Both the position numbers and the translations under genes were made by a program. This document shows, piece after piece, positions 41,144 to 51,608 of a DNA stretch of 64,000 bases; the first letter of the stretch is position 1, and every line of letters begins with the position of its first letter. The DNA comes from Pelagomonas calceolata (Eukaryota): assembly GCA_918797485.1 (NCBI GenBank), contig CAKKNE010000004.1, forward strand, positions 1,426,001-1,490,000. Reading direction: 5' to 3'. Below the pieces are notes generated by a model. That model searched no databases. It worked only from the letters and a program-made list of their open reading frames with translations, and was not told where the DNA came from.

Positions 41144-42322
41144 CTAGATGCGCCGCGACGTCGGCAGGCAGAGGTCGGCCTCGGCCTCCTTGATGGCACG
41201 CACGATGTTCGCGTTGAGCCTCTCCACCAACTCGTGGTAGGCCGTCGTGCCCGACGGCACGGGCAGCTTCACGTCGACGACCACGACGAGCGCGTCGCGG
41301 TCGATGCGCCGCCAGTGGACCCACACGTTCCGGTCGCGCGAGATCGCGTGCGGCGCGACGGCCGCGCGGATCGCGGCGACGACCTCGTCCATGATCGGGC
41401 CGTCCTCGAGCCGCAGCCGCAGCTCCGTCTTGTACTGGCCCCAGCGCTGCCGGCTGATGTTGATGAGCTTGGCGTTCATGATCTGGCCGTTCGGCACGAC
41501 GACGGTGCGCTCGTTGTACTGCCTTATTTTGGTGTCGAACCAGCCCCAGTTGACGACCGTCCCCGCGACGTCCCCAAAACTAATTTCGTCGCCCGGCCGG
41601 AACTTGTCGCTGAACGTTAGTAGCAGGCCGTTGATCACGTGCTTGAGCGGCTCCTGGCAGGCCAGGGCGACGACGACGGACGACGCGCCCGACACGGCCA
41701 CCAACGACGCGAAGGCCACGCCCAGCTCCAGCGAGAGCAGCTCGAGGATCACGACCGCGACGAAGACGGCGAGCGCGACGTCGCAGAGCCGGTCGTAGAC
41801 CAACACCTTCCCGTCGCCGTTCGGCGCGACGGGCCCCTCGCGCGACGGGTAGACCCTGAGCGCCCGCCTTTTTATATTTGAGGCCAGCCGCCCGAACCAG
41901 ACGGGGTAGAGGAACGACGCCGCGAGCAGCGGCACGTCGTCGCGCCCCAGCGGCACGCCCATGGTCTGCGCCGCGAGGCAGCCCAAATCCAAAACGTAGA
42001 GCGCGCCCATCGTCGCGGCGAGGCGCCGCAGGCCCCGCGCCCAGAGCCGCGCGAAGCTCCGGTCCCACGGCGCGGCGCGCGCCTCGCGGTGGAGCCGCCG
42101 CCAGCCGCGCAGGAGCGGGTCCGCGAGGAGCCACAGCGCCGCGATGACCGCGAGGTCGGCGAGCGCCGCCGCGTCGAGGACCTTGGCCAGCGCCTCGCTC
42201 AGCCGCTCGCCCGAGATGACCGTCTTGCGCAGCGCGGGGAAGAGCTTGCCCGCGATGTGAAGGTCCGGCTCGGCTCCTCCGCCGCGCACGGCGAGGGCGT
42301 GCTGCCGGAGCGGTGGCCGCAT
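41144..42322 (-). CDS. Small-conductance mechanosensitive channel (MscS family)
   Basis: VVVALACQEPLKHVINGLLL..FRPGDEI...GTVVNWGWFDTKIR...VVVPNG...NISR. Confidence 0.9.
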   Translation of the reverse strand: MRPPLRQHALAVRGGGAEPDLHIAGKLFPALRKTVISGERLSEALAKVLDAAALADLAVIAALWLLADPLLRGWRRLHREARAAPWDRSFARLWARGLRRLAATMGALYVLDLGCLAAQTMGVPLGRDDVPLLAASFLYPVWFGRLASNIKRRALRVYPSREGPVAPNGDGKVLVYDRLCDVALAVFVAVVILELLSLELGVAFASLVAVSGASSVVVALACQEPLKHVINGLLLTFSDKFRPGDEISFGDVAGTVVNWGWFDTKIRQYNERTVVVPNGQIMNAKLINISRQRWGQYKTELRLRLEDGPIMDEVVAAIRAAVAPHAISRDRNVWVHWRRIDRDALVVVVDVKLPVPSGTTAYHELVERLNANIVRAIKEAEADLCLPTSRRI

Positions 42323-42564
42323 GGCTGCCTGCTCGGTGCACCGGGACGGGGCAGCCCCGGGAGAAGCAAAAGCGGTCTTTTTCGCGTTTTAAACGGGTTT
42401 TTCCGACCGAACCGGGCCGGATCGCTCCGCGGGGCGACGCGTCCCGACAAGTCTCTGCGGCTGGAGAAAAGTCGTTGGTTGGCCATGTTTGTTTCGGGTT
42501 TTTGACAGGCAATCCAGCATATCTCAACTCGCGCGACACTCACAAGTCACCCACCAAGGCAAAA

Positions 42565-43199
42565 ATGATCCTCACAACATGCCCCGCCTGCGCCGCCCCA
42601 CTGGCCCACGACGCGCCGCGATGTGTGCGGTGTTGGACAAGATATTCGACTCAATTCAATTTGGACTTGACGAGCAATCAATTCCAAACCTGTACGATCC
42701 GGACCCAGGAGAACGCGTAGCGTCCTGGGCCTACCTGTTACCCGCGTCCGAATCAAAAATATTCTTCCATTTCCGAGAGTAGAGAGATCCACGGATTGAT
42801 CCCAGCGCCGTCGACGACCTCCTCTGCGAAATTTGATCAAGCTCGGCGGCTACTAGCTCAAGTTCGGCTCTAGAATGGCGCAGCTGCCTCCTCAAGCTCC
42901 TGTGCTGCCTCGTCCCTCGTGCAGCGCCCATCGTACACCGCCTGAATACCGGCCCTGGCCCCTGGGTCGCGCGTCGAAGTAAGCAAGGCGAAACGCGCGG
43001 CTAGGTGAGGGAAATCTACGCGCGGGCGCTCTACTACGACCCCGACGCCACGCTCGATGATCTCCGCGAGGCCGTGGCGACGCTCGAGGACACGGAACGG
43101 ATCGCGCACCCGACCACAAAGGGAATTGAGAACGAACTGCGAGCCGCGCGAGCCGCGCGCCGCGCCCGCGAAAACGCCGCCACCCTAGACCCCGACTAA
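42565..43199 (+). pseudogene. Disrupted MYND-TPR family copy: N-terminal fragment 42565-~42645, C-terminal fragment 43005-43199
   Basis: MILTTCPACAAPLAHDAPRCVRCWTRY matches the family start; IYARALYYDPDATLDDLREAVATLEDTERIAHPT matches the family end; the middle is unrelated sequence with stops. Confidence 0.8.
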
Positions 43200-43502
43200 T
43201 AAGTAGCCGATTCGTACCACCGCTCCCAACGTCGCCGGGCACGTAGAGTCCCCGAGGGCACAAATACCGTGCTCTAGCCAGCCTCCCCAAGGGGTACTCA
43301 TATATATACTTGTACTTAGTACCTTAGGTACCCCTTGGCCTTGGTCTCCCGGAGACGACGACGAACAAACAGGATTCGACTGCCTGACGCGAATACAGCT
43401 GCAAGAAGGAACGCCAGGCCTAAGCTATCAGTGCTCGGAAGCCCTGCCCGAATTGCACTGGTCTACGCACGCAAGAGCTGAACACAAAGAGAGCAGTGCT
43501 GT

Positions 43503-43612
43503 GCTCTCCGGTGCGGCAGCGCACGGATACGCCCGGAACCACCGGCAAACGCCACCGCTCTCCGGTGCGGCAGCGCACAGGAGCTGCACCCGGAACCACC
43601 GGCAAACGCCAC
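43503..43612 (+). repeat. Two ~54-bp tandem direct repeats immediately upstream of the ATG at 43619
   Basis: gctctccggtgcggcagcgcac...cccggaaccaccggcaaacgccac at 43503 and 43557. Confidence 0.9.
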
Positions 43613-43618
43613 GAAGCC

Positions 43619-46613
43619 ATGGGGAAGAAGAAAGCTGGAGCTAGAAAAAACGCGCGCAAGCGCGACGAGTGTGCCGAGGTGATCCCCGCGAAGAAGAAGC
43701 GCGGCCCGCCCCGCGACCGCGCCGCGCGCCGCGCGCCGGAGCCGACCGACGCCGAGCGGGAGGCGGAACTGAAGAGACTCCGCACCTTCCTCAAGAGGAG
43801 GGACGTCGCGCGCAGCGCGACGGACGACTGGACCGTGCGGTTCGACGACGACGGCAAATTCGACGCGTACGTGTCGGCCGCCGGGGAGGCCTACACGACG
43901 AAGACGGCGGTGCTGCGCGCCCTGGCGCCGGCCGACGTCGACGCCGGGCCCTCGGCGGCGCAGGTGTGGGGCGCGTCGCGGCCGGGCGCCGAGGACCAGG
44001 TCATCGCCGCGCTCGTCGACGGCCTCGTCGTCGACGTCGAGGATCGACTCGGCCTCTACGACCTGCCCCCCACGCTACGCGGGGACGAGACCGCCGTGCG
44101 CCGCTTGCTCGGGGCGGCGTCGAAGCGCTCGGAGCCGTTGCGCAGCATCACGTCGACGCAGCTGGCGCGGATCCTCCTCGACTTCGCCGCGCCGGGCTAC
44201 GGCGCCGGCGTTCTGTCGCGGCTCGCCCGGTCCAAGGCCCTAGGTAAAATCGTCGTGTGCGGCGGCGCCGCGGCGACGGCCGACGCGCTCGCCGCGGCCG
44301 AGGCCGCGGAGCACGCCTTCGCGGCCGGCGTCGAGCCAGATCCTCGCGCCGCGGCCTGCTTCGACCCCGTCGACCTCGCGCTCGCCGCGAACGCGCATGC
44401 CCACGCCTTCGCCACGTGCACGCGGACGAAGCTGGAGCCGGGCGCGCCGCCGACGGTCGTCGAGCGCTTCGCGGACCGCATCCTCGCGCGCTGCTGCCGC
44501 TTGGAGCTCGAGGCGCGGCGCGCGGCGGGCACGCTCCTCGTCGCGCTCCGCGCCGCCGCCGCGCGCGAAGCCGCGGCGGCGCCGCCCGTCGCTCTACCGG
44601 CCGCCGCGGCCGCGGTGGCGCCGCTCACGGAGCTCCCCGAGGCCTACCACCTCCTGCGCGCGCTCGCCGACGTCTATGCCGAGACGGACGCCTACGCGTA
44701 CGAGGGCGCCGAACAGGCGTTCGGCCCGCTCGATGCCGCCGTCGAGGCGCGGTCGTTGGGCCGCCTCCGCATGGCGGCGCTGCACCTCTTCTCGAAGCTC
44801 GACGCCGCCGTCTTCGACCGCAAGTGGCGCGCGCTGCAGTCGTCCGGGGCGGTCTTCGGCGCCACGGCGACGGCGGGCCGGACGTGGCTCTCGTACGCCC
44901 GGCCAGGCGGCGCGCCGCCGCGGTGGCAGTGGCCCTTTTTCTACGCGGCCGACGACGCGGAGCTCGCGCGGCTGCTCGTCGAGCTCGCGCGCGTCACGCG
45001 CGCGGACGAGGAGCCGTCGCCGTCGGGGCGGTTCCTCGAGGCGGCGGTCGCCTTCGCCGCGGAGGACGCGCCGCCGCGCGCCTCCCGGCCGCCGCCGGCC
45101 TCCGCGGACGAGCTCGAGGCCGCGCGCGCCGCGATCGACCTCGACGAGTGGCTCGCGGCGCACCTCGGCGGCGACGGCCTCGCGGAGGCGCGAGCCGCGG
45201 TCCGCGAGGCGGCCGGCAGCGACCTCTGGCGCCTGCAGACGCTGCGGCCCCGCGACCTCTCCCGGAAGCTGCCGCTGTCCACGTGGGAGGCGGCGCCGCG
45301 CGACGCCTTCCTCGAGGCCGCGCGCGACCTGCGGGCCGGCGAGCTCGGCTTCGAGAACGCGTGCGAGTGGCTGGACGACGTCGTCGAGGCGGCGGGCGGC
45401 GCGGCGGCGGGCGCGACCGTGTTCCTCCCGCACGGCGACGCCGGTGAGAGCCTCCGCGACTCCATCGTCCCCGACGGCGTCATCATCTTGCTCGGCGGCG
45501 GCATCGACCCGATGGCCGACCTCATGGCGGAGCGGCGCCTCCTGGGCGCCGATTCGCCGGTCGCCGCGCTCATCTACTTCGACACGGACGGCGCGGCGCT
45601 CTCCACGGCCAAGTCGGGCTACCCGCGCGCTGCCGCCGTGCCGTTCGAGGTCCCCGACGCGTGGAAGGGCTACGCGCGCGGCGACGTCCACCAGCTGCTG
45701 GACCCGACGCGCCGCGCGGAGATCCTCGGCGGCCGGCCCGTCACGTTCCTGCTGAACACGCCGTCGTGCAAGCCCCACGCCGCGGTCGTGAAGGACCGCG
45801 ACGAGGCGGACACGGAGGGCCTGGAGAAGTTCCTCGAGGCCGAGAAGCGGCTGGCGGAGGACACCGCGGCCGCGCTGCTCGCCGCGGGCGCGCCGGCGGC
45901 TCAGCAGATGCACGCCCTCGGCGAGTTCGGGAACACGCCGACGCATGTCGACGCGAAGATCAAGGCGGTTCTCGACCGGTCGACGTTCCGCCTCAACGCG
46001 GCGAACGTCTCCCCGATGTCGCGCCTCCGGACGTTTTGTTCGACGTTCCCGCAGCGCCCGGTCGCGGACGACGACCAGCGGCACCTCCTGTCGCCGCGCG
46101 AGGCGCTCGACGCCTACCTCGCCAAGCACGGCGACCGCGTCCTCCTGCCGACGTACGGGCCCGACTACGTCCTGCACAAGGGGAACGCGGGCAAGGCGCG
46201 GACGCCCCGCGCCCTCGCGCCGCCCGACCGCGGCCCGATCAAGACCTCCGTCGAGGCCGCGCTCGCCAAGGCCCATGGCGGCGTGAACTTCGCCGCGCCG
46301 CCGCCCGCCGCCGGCCGCGACCCCGAATGGCACGAGCTGGACGTCAAGGCGACCTCGGTCCTCGTCCGCGTGGAAATCAAATGTCGCGGCGCTTCTCCGA
46401 CGCGACGCCGGCTCGACTCACTGGTTGATTTCCGCACAGGTCCTCATGGGCTACCGCCACGACCGCGTCACGGTCGCGCCCGGCGTCGCGAACGACTCCA
46501 AGGCGTCGTGGCGCCTCCTCGGCAACACGATCCAGCGCGCCGCCCTCGAGCACGTGTGCGCGCCGTTCCTCGACGGCCTCGAGGAGCTGCGCGACCAGAT
46601 GTCCGACGACTAG
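43619..46613 (+). CDS. Divergent DNMT3-type C5 cytosine methyltransferase with MBD-like and SAM-like domains; exons 43619-46357 and 46440-46613 (~970 aa)
   Basis: Ordered C5-MTase-like motifs: VIILLGGGID (I), YFDTD (II), GDV (III), FLLNTPSCKP (IV), GEFG (VI), LNAANVSPMSRLRTF (VIII), VLMGY (IX), WRLLGNTIQRAALEHVCAPF (X, in exon 2). Confidence 0.7.
46366..46439 (+). mobile_element. Introner-type miniature TIR element (74 bp) with 8-bp TSD; spliced as intron 46358-46439
   Basis: Left end CCGCGTGGAAATCAA (46366-80) vs right end TTGATTTCCGCACAG (46425-39), 12/15 complementary; flanks GTCCTCGT (46358-65) and GTCCTCAT (46440-47). Confidence 0.88.
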
Positions 46614-46694
46614 TCGGACCCGCGCCTCCCTCCCTCCCGCGCGCGATAAGCCCTTCGTTTCGAAACTTGCTTACATAGAGTCACTTAACCACAG

Positions 46695-46935
46695 CCTCAC
46701 GGCTCCCCGAGCGGCCCGAGCCCGCCGACGTACCGGTGCCACTCGCCGGTGCACGACGTCAGGCACGCCCCGACCCTCACGGCTCCCCGAGCGGCCCGAG
46801 CCCGCCGACGTACCGGTGCCACTCGCCGGCGCACGACGTCAGGCACGCCCCGACCCTCACGGCTCCCCGAGCGGCCCGAGCCCGCCGACGTACCGGTGCC
46901 ACTCGCCGGCGCACGACGTCAGGCACGCCTCGACC
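46695..46935. repeat. Three tandem 80-bp repeats comprising the last codons and stop of the GT8 gene
   Basis: ggctccccgagcggcccgag... recurs at 46701, 46781 and 46861, near-identical. Confidence 0.95.
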
Positions 46936-48350
46936 GTGCCGCACCGGTGCGCCCGCCGCGCGGCGCCGAGGTCCGCCCAGAGGCAGAGCGCGCCCTCGGC
47001 CGGCGTCGGGTGCGAGACCTGGGCGCGCGCCATGCGCCAGGGCTTGACCTCGCCGTTGAAGTGGAGGATCTTGGCCGAGGCCGCGTGCGGGCAGACGTAC
47101 GGGTAGTGGTCGCCGCGCGCGTAGGGGTTGGCGACGCGGCCCGCGGGCGTCGCCGCGCCGCGCGCGAGCGCCGCCGCGCGCGCCGCGTCGCGCAGCCGCG
47201 CCACGGCGGCCATGCGCCGCATGAGGTCCCGCTCGACGCCGGCGAAGCCGCCGAAGGCCCGCCGCGCGCTCGCCGCGATGGCCCGCCACTCGGGCAGGCC
47301 GACGGCGTCGCGCCCCAGGCCGCGCACGTTCCACGCGCCGTCCAGCTTGTGGTAGTTCTCGGCGAGCGCGAGGAGGAACGGCGGCTGCGACACGCCCGCG
47401 CGGAACAGCGCGCCCTTGCTGTGCACGAAGTCGACGACCAGGCGCTCGATGCGCTCCGCGAGGCGCTGCGCCCGCCAGGCCCGGCCCTCGAAGAGCACGA
47501 CGCCCCGGTTGAAGACGCACGTCGCGTTGCCCGGCGTCTCGCGCGGCATGGGCTCGCAGCCGTCCCCGGCGCACGCGCGGCCGCCGACGCGCCGCGCCGT
47601 CGCCGCGCGGTACGCCTCCGCGAGGGGAAAATCAATGTACTTGCGCAGCACCTGCGAGCAGTCCTCGACGGCCGCCGCCGGCTTGCCCCCCAAATCCATG
47701 CGCGCGAGCTCGTCGACGTCGCCCCGCACGACGACGTCCGTGTCCAGGTACAGGATGCGCGCCGCGTGGGCCAGGACGTGCGGCAGGTAGAACGCCGCGA
47801 AGTTGAACGGCGACAGCAGCTCCTTGCGCTTCACGCGCGTCGAGTTGCCGAGCATCTGCAGCGCGCGCATGGCCGGCCGGAGCTGGAGCTGGTCGTCCAA
47901 CCCGCGGCAGACGCTCACGCGGAGGTCGAGCGTCGCCCCCTCGCGTCTCAAATGGTCCTCCACGAGCCGCTCGAGGTCGCCGGCCGCCGCCGCGCCCACG
48001 AAGGCCACGACGTCCAAGCGCCGGCGCCGCGTGTTCGCCGCCGTGCTGTTGATCGCCGCGAAGATGGGCACGGCGTCGGGCGCGTCGGACGCGACGGCGA
48101 CGACGAAGTCGCCGCCCCTATCGATCTCCCGGGAGCAGGCGATGTGGCCGCGCCGCGACCACTCGTCGGGGATGCCGTAGTACATGGTCTTCTTGGCGCT
48201 CTTGTCGGCGCGGCGGTGCGCCCACTCGGACGCGCGCAGCTCCTTGAGCTTCTGGATCTGCTTGCGCTTTTTCGTGGCGGACATGGCGCGGGCCGCCGCC
48301 GCGAGGAGCAGCGCGGCGGCGAGGCGCGGCAGGCGTGCGCGCGGCGCCAT
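46857..48350 (-). CDS. Glycosyltransferase family 8 (GAUT/GATL-like)
   Basis: Signal peptide; SPFNFAAFYLP, RILYLDTDVVVRGDV, AAAVEDC, FNRGV, SQPPF, WNVRGLG, ILHFNGEVKPW. Confidence 0.92.
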   Translation of the reverse strand: MAPRARLPRLAAALLLAAAARAMSATKKRKQIQKLKELRASEWAHRRADKSAKKTMYYGIPDEWSRRGHIACSREIDRGGDFVVAVASDAPDAVPIFAAINSTAANTRRRRLDVVAFVGAAAAGDLERLVEDHLRREGATLDLRVSVCRGLDDQLQLRPAMRALQMLGNSTRVKRKELLSPFNFAAFYLPHVLAHAARILYLDTDVVVRGDVDELARMDLGGKPAAAVEDCSQVLRKYIDFPLAEAYRAATARRVGGRACAGDGCEPMPRETPGNATCVFNRGVVLFEGRAWRAQRLAERIERLVVDFVHSKGALFRAGVSQPPFLLALAENYHKLDGAWNVRGLGRDAVGLPEWRAIAASARRAFGGFAGVERDLMRRMAAVARLRDAARAAALARGAATPAGRVANPYARGDHYPYVCPHAASAKILHFNGEVKPWRMARAQVSHPTPAEGALCLWADLGAARRAHRCGTVEACLTSCAGEWHRYVGGLGPLGEP

Positions 48351-48721
48351 GCGCGGCGTGCGACGAGCGCGACGCTATTTGGTGAGCGACCGCAGCGCCG
48401 ACCGGTGCGCGGCGTCGCCGTCGCACGATTTGTGACAGCGTTTGGCGCGTGCTCTGCGGACTGTTGCGCCGCGCGCGCCGCGTCCGCCACGGCTGGCAAA
48501 AAATTACAGTCTTGTCTAGCGTCGTGTAACATACTAGCAAGGCTGAGAGCGTCCACGCGCACCTAGCCGGACGGCGCGAAATTTGGCGGCCTTGTCCGCC
48601 CCCAGGGAAGCACCCCGGCGCTTCGTAGAGTGTGCCTACAGGAGGCGTCGATTTGTTATAAATATTACGGGGGAGGTGCCGCGCGCGCCGCCGCGCGGCA
48701 ACGGGAAGGATATATATAGCC

Positions 48722-49346
48722 TCAGATCGAGATCCCCATGCCCTCGTCCTCGATCTTCACCGGCTTGAGCGGCGAGATTCCCTTGCGCTTCTGGCGCTTC
48801 GAATTGGACTTCTTCTCGTCGTTGTCGTCATCGTCGTCGTCGTCATCGTCCGTGTTGCCGCCGTCGCCGTTGCCGCCGTTGCCGCCGTTGCCGCCGTTGC
48901 CCCGGCCGAAGATGTCGCGCTTGAACTGGCGCCAAATTTGACGGAGCTCGTTCCCGTATTGGTACCACAGAGAAAAAACCTGTGGAAGTCAAAAAGTGAG
49001 AATCGGGTTAACGAGACTGGAACGCAACGCTGCGTACGACGACGGCGAAGCCGAGCGCCTTCACCGGGTACCGGGCCATCAACACCATGATTTTGCAGAC
49101 CAACCAGTAGATGCCTTTTACGGCGCCCAGAAAGAGCTTATCAGAGGACGTGTCGCAGAACAAGAAGTAAAACACCCACAAAATGAAGGAGAGGCCGACG
49201 ATGTCGCGGTGCTTGGCGAGTGTCGGCGCCGCAAACTTGATCGCTTTATAAGCCAATGCGACGATGCCGTTGAACATGAACTTGACGAACCCAAAAACGA
49301 GCACGAAAGGCGCCAAGCAGGAGGAGAAAAATTCCTGGGGCGTCAT
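48722..49346 (-). CDS. Small multi-pass membrane protein with Gly/Asn and acidic tail; exons 49346-49038 and 48979-48722, intron 49037-48980
   Basis: GTACGC donor and TTCCACAG acceptor join LGFAVV to VFSLWYQYGNELRQIWRQFKRDIFGRGNGGNGG...DDDD...KKSNSKRQKRK...ISI-stop in frame. Confidence 0.65.
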
Positions 49347-50228
49347 CGTGGGCCTGCGAGGACGCGGGCTTTTCGTGCTCGCCGGCGCGGCGGCGCCGCG
49401 AAGAAGTATTTTGGAAAAGCGCGTGCGCGACGCGCCTCGGGGGCGTAGCTGGAACGGAAGGGGTGTTGGTGAATATGTTCGCGATTTTGTATCGAGAGAG
49501 GGCGACGCAAGCCTCGCGTTTTTTGGAGGGTTTGGGTAGAGGGTTGTAACTCTTGCACTGAGGCTCACTGGTGCTCGGGGCGCCTGAGCGGGACTTCGAG
49601 TTCGCCAACTACCCGGCCTTTCTCATTGTAGCGCGAGACTAGAGGCTCCGCCGCCGTCCAAGCGCGCGCCGGCGACGCCTCCCCCTGTACATACCATATC
49701 CCCTGTCCCCCCGTTGCACTCTTGTCAAGACTGTCTGTCTAAGTTGAGTTGTCAATGACCTAGCTAGCTTATCGATTGACATTGACCGAGATCTTTTTTA
49801 CGTTCCTTCCTGCACACAATCCTCTTTTAGCTATCGACGACGAGAGAGAGAGCCACTTATTGAACCCACCCCCAGGTAGTACGGACCCCGAACGCTTCGC
49901 CACCGTGTCTATTGGGATTGGCGATAGGGTGTTGTTTCACCCTGCCCCCCGAGAACCCAGACACAAATGGTGTGAGATAATCACCTAGCGTCAGTAAGAC
50001 ACTAGAAACGCAGTGGCATTTTGGAGGATTGGGCTCTGCTCGATTTATAGTGCTACGTTGGCCGATTCATTGTGCGACGTTGGCCACGTATCGCGGCACG
50101 TATATCCCTCCTTCCGCGTACGCTGCCGCAGCGCGAGTGCTCCCGGTCCAGGTGGCTCCAGCTCTCGCCGCCTCGCCGACGCGTCGCCGCGGCAGCGAGG
50201 AGATACCGCCGGCGTCACCACAACAACG

Positions 50229-51389
50229 ATGACACTCCCCAGGCCCCCGCCGCCGGCGCGCGCCGCGTCGGACGAGGCCTGGCTCGACGCGGCGGACGAC
50301 ATCCGGCGGCGCCGCGACCTGCTCGTCGCCGGCCTGCGGTCGGGCGACGTCCGGAGCGCGAGCCAGGCGGCGCTCGCGACGTGCGCGCTGCTGGAGCGCG
50401 TCGCGGCCGCGGACGACTGGCGCACCGCCGCCGTTCTGCTGCGGCGGCTGCGGCGCGTCGGCGGCGGCGTCGTGCGGGCGGCGCCGGGCGCGCTGAGCGT
50501 CGGCAACGTGCTGCGGCGCGCGCTGCTCGTCGTGCGCGAGGAGTACGCGCGCAACCTGCGCGAGAGCACGTCCATCAAAGACGACGCGGGCCTCCAGCGG
50601 AGCCTGGGCGACGTCCTCGCGGCGCGGAGCGCGCCGGACGCGCTCGCGGACCGCGACGACCGGCGCGACGTCGAGCTCGAGGCGCTGAGGGACGACGTCC
50701 TCGACCAGCTGCGCGACCTCGCCGACGAGATCGCGAACGCGCGCGAGGCGGTCGCGGCGCGCGCGCCCGGGCTCGTCGCGCCCGGCGCCGTCGTGCTCAC
50801 GGCCGGGCGGTCGCGGTCCGTCGCGGCCTTCCTCCGGCGCGCCGCGCCGGCGGAGGTCGTGGTCGTCGACGAGGACGGCCGCGCCGCGGCGGCGCTGGCC
50901 CGGGCGCTGCCCGCGGCGGCCGTCACGCGCGTCACGGCGGCCGCGGCGGCGGCCGTCGCCGGCCGCTGCCGCTGCGCCGTTTTGGGCTGCTCCGCGGCGC
51001 TCGCCGACGGCGGCATAATCGCGCAGCCCGGCGCGCGCCTCGTGGCGGAGGCCTGCGCCGCGCGCCGCAAGCCCGTGCTCGCGCTCTGCGCCCTCTACAA
51101 GCTCGCGCCCCTGCACCACCCCGGCGCCGCCGCCGCGCGCGCGGCCGTCGCCGCGGACATGAGCCTGGGGGCCGCGCTGCCCTTCGGCGCGCTGCCCTGC
51201 GACGCCGGCGCCGACCCGCTCGCGGCGCCGGCGCCGGCCGTGCGGCACCCCCGCGCCGACGCCGTGCCGCCGGACCTCGTCGACCTGCTCGTGACGAACG
51301 CGGGCGTGCACGCGCCGTCGTACGCGCCGCGCCTGCTCGCGGAGATGTACGCGCCCGAGGACCACGACCTGCTCCGCGCCGAGCTCTAA
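50229..51389 (+). CDS. EIF2B2: Translation initiation factor eIF2B subunit beta-like
   Basis: SVGNVLRRALLVVREE, VVLTAGRSRSVAAFL, ALADGG, LYKLAP, VPPDLVDLLVTNAGVHAPSYAPRLLAEMY.PED. Confidence 0.85.
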   Translation: MTLPRPPPPARAASDEAWLDAADDIRRRRDLLVAGLRSGDVRSASQAALATCALLERVAAADDWRTAAVLLRRLRRVGGGVVRAAPGALSVGNVLRRALLVVREEYARNLRESTSIKDDAGLQRSLGDVLAARSAPDALADRDDRRDVELEALRDDVLDQLRDLADEIANAREAVAARAPGLVAPGAVVLTAGRSRSVAAFLRRAAPAEVVVVDEDGRAAAALARALPAAAVTRVTAAAAAAVAGRCRCAVLGCSAALADGGIIAQPGARLVAEACAARRKPVLALCALYKLAPLHHPGAAAARAAVAADMSLGAALPFGALPCDAGADPLAAPAPAVRHPRADAVPPDLVDLLVTNAGVHAPSYAPRLLAEMYAPEDHDLLRAEL

Positions 51390-51608
51390 GTGTCCTTTGT
51401 TCGACCCGGGTGTGGGGCTCTGCCTCCTCCGTCCCCGATTTCTAGTTGCTTTGCTTAGAGCCAGGCCGCTTAGCCACGCGGCCGCCTTATTTATTTATCT
51501 CCCATAGCTAAGCCGCCTACCTATGTAAGGGTTAATAGCCAGTTTCTTGGGAGGAACTAAATCCCCGAGCGCCAACTATAGCTATTGATATAAACGATTA
51601 TGCCCGTG

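Noticed and set aside
42646..43004. Helitron insertion (starts TC, ends CTAG)
   Set aside because: Flanks are not the A/T target and the subterminal hairpin is trivial.
43619..46613. DNMT carried by a retrotransposon or virus
   Set aside because: No RT, integrase, recombinase, LTR or viral genes nearby; neighbours are ordinary host genes.
46695..46935. Possible CRISPR array
   Set aside because: Contiguous identical units with no unique spacers; eukaryotic context; no cas genes.
48980..49037. Second introner, since the intron ends TTGACTTCCACAG like the TIR at 46425-39
   Set aside because: No matching left TIR and no 8-bp TSD; at most a decayed relative.
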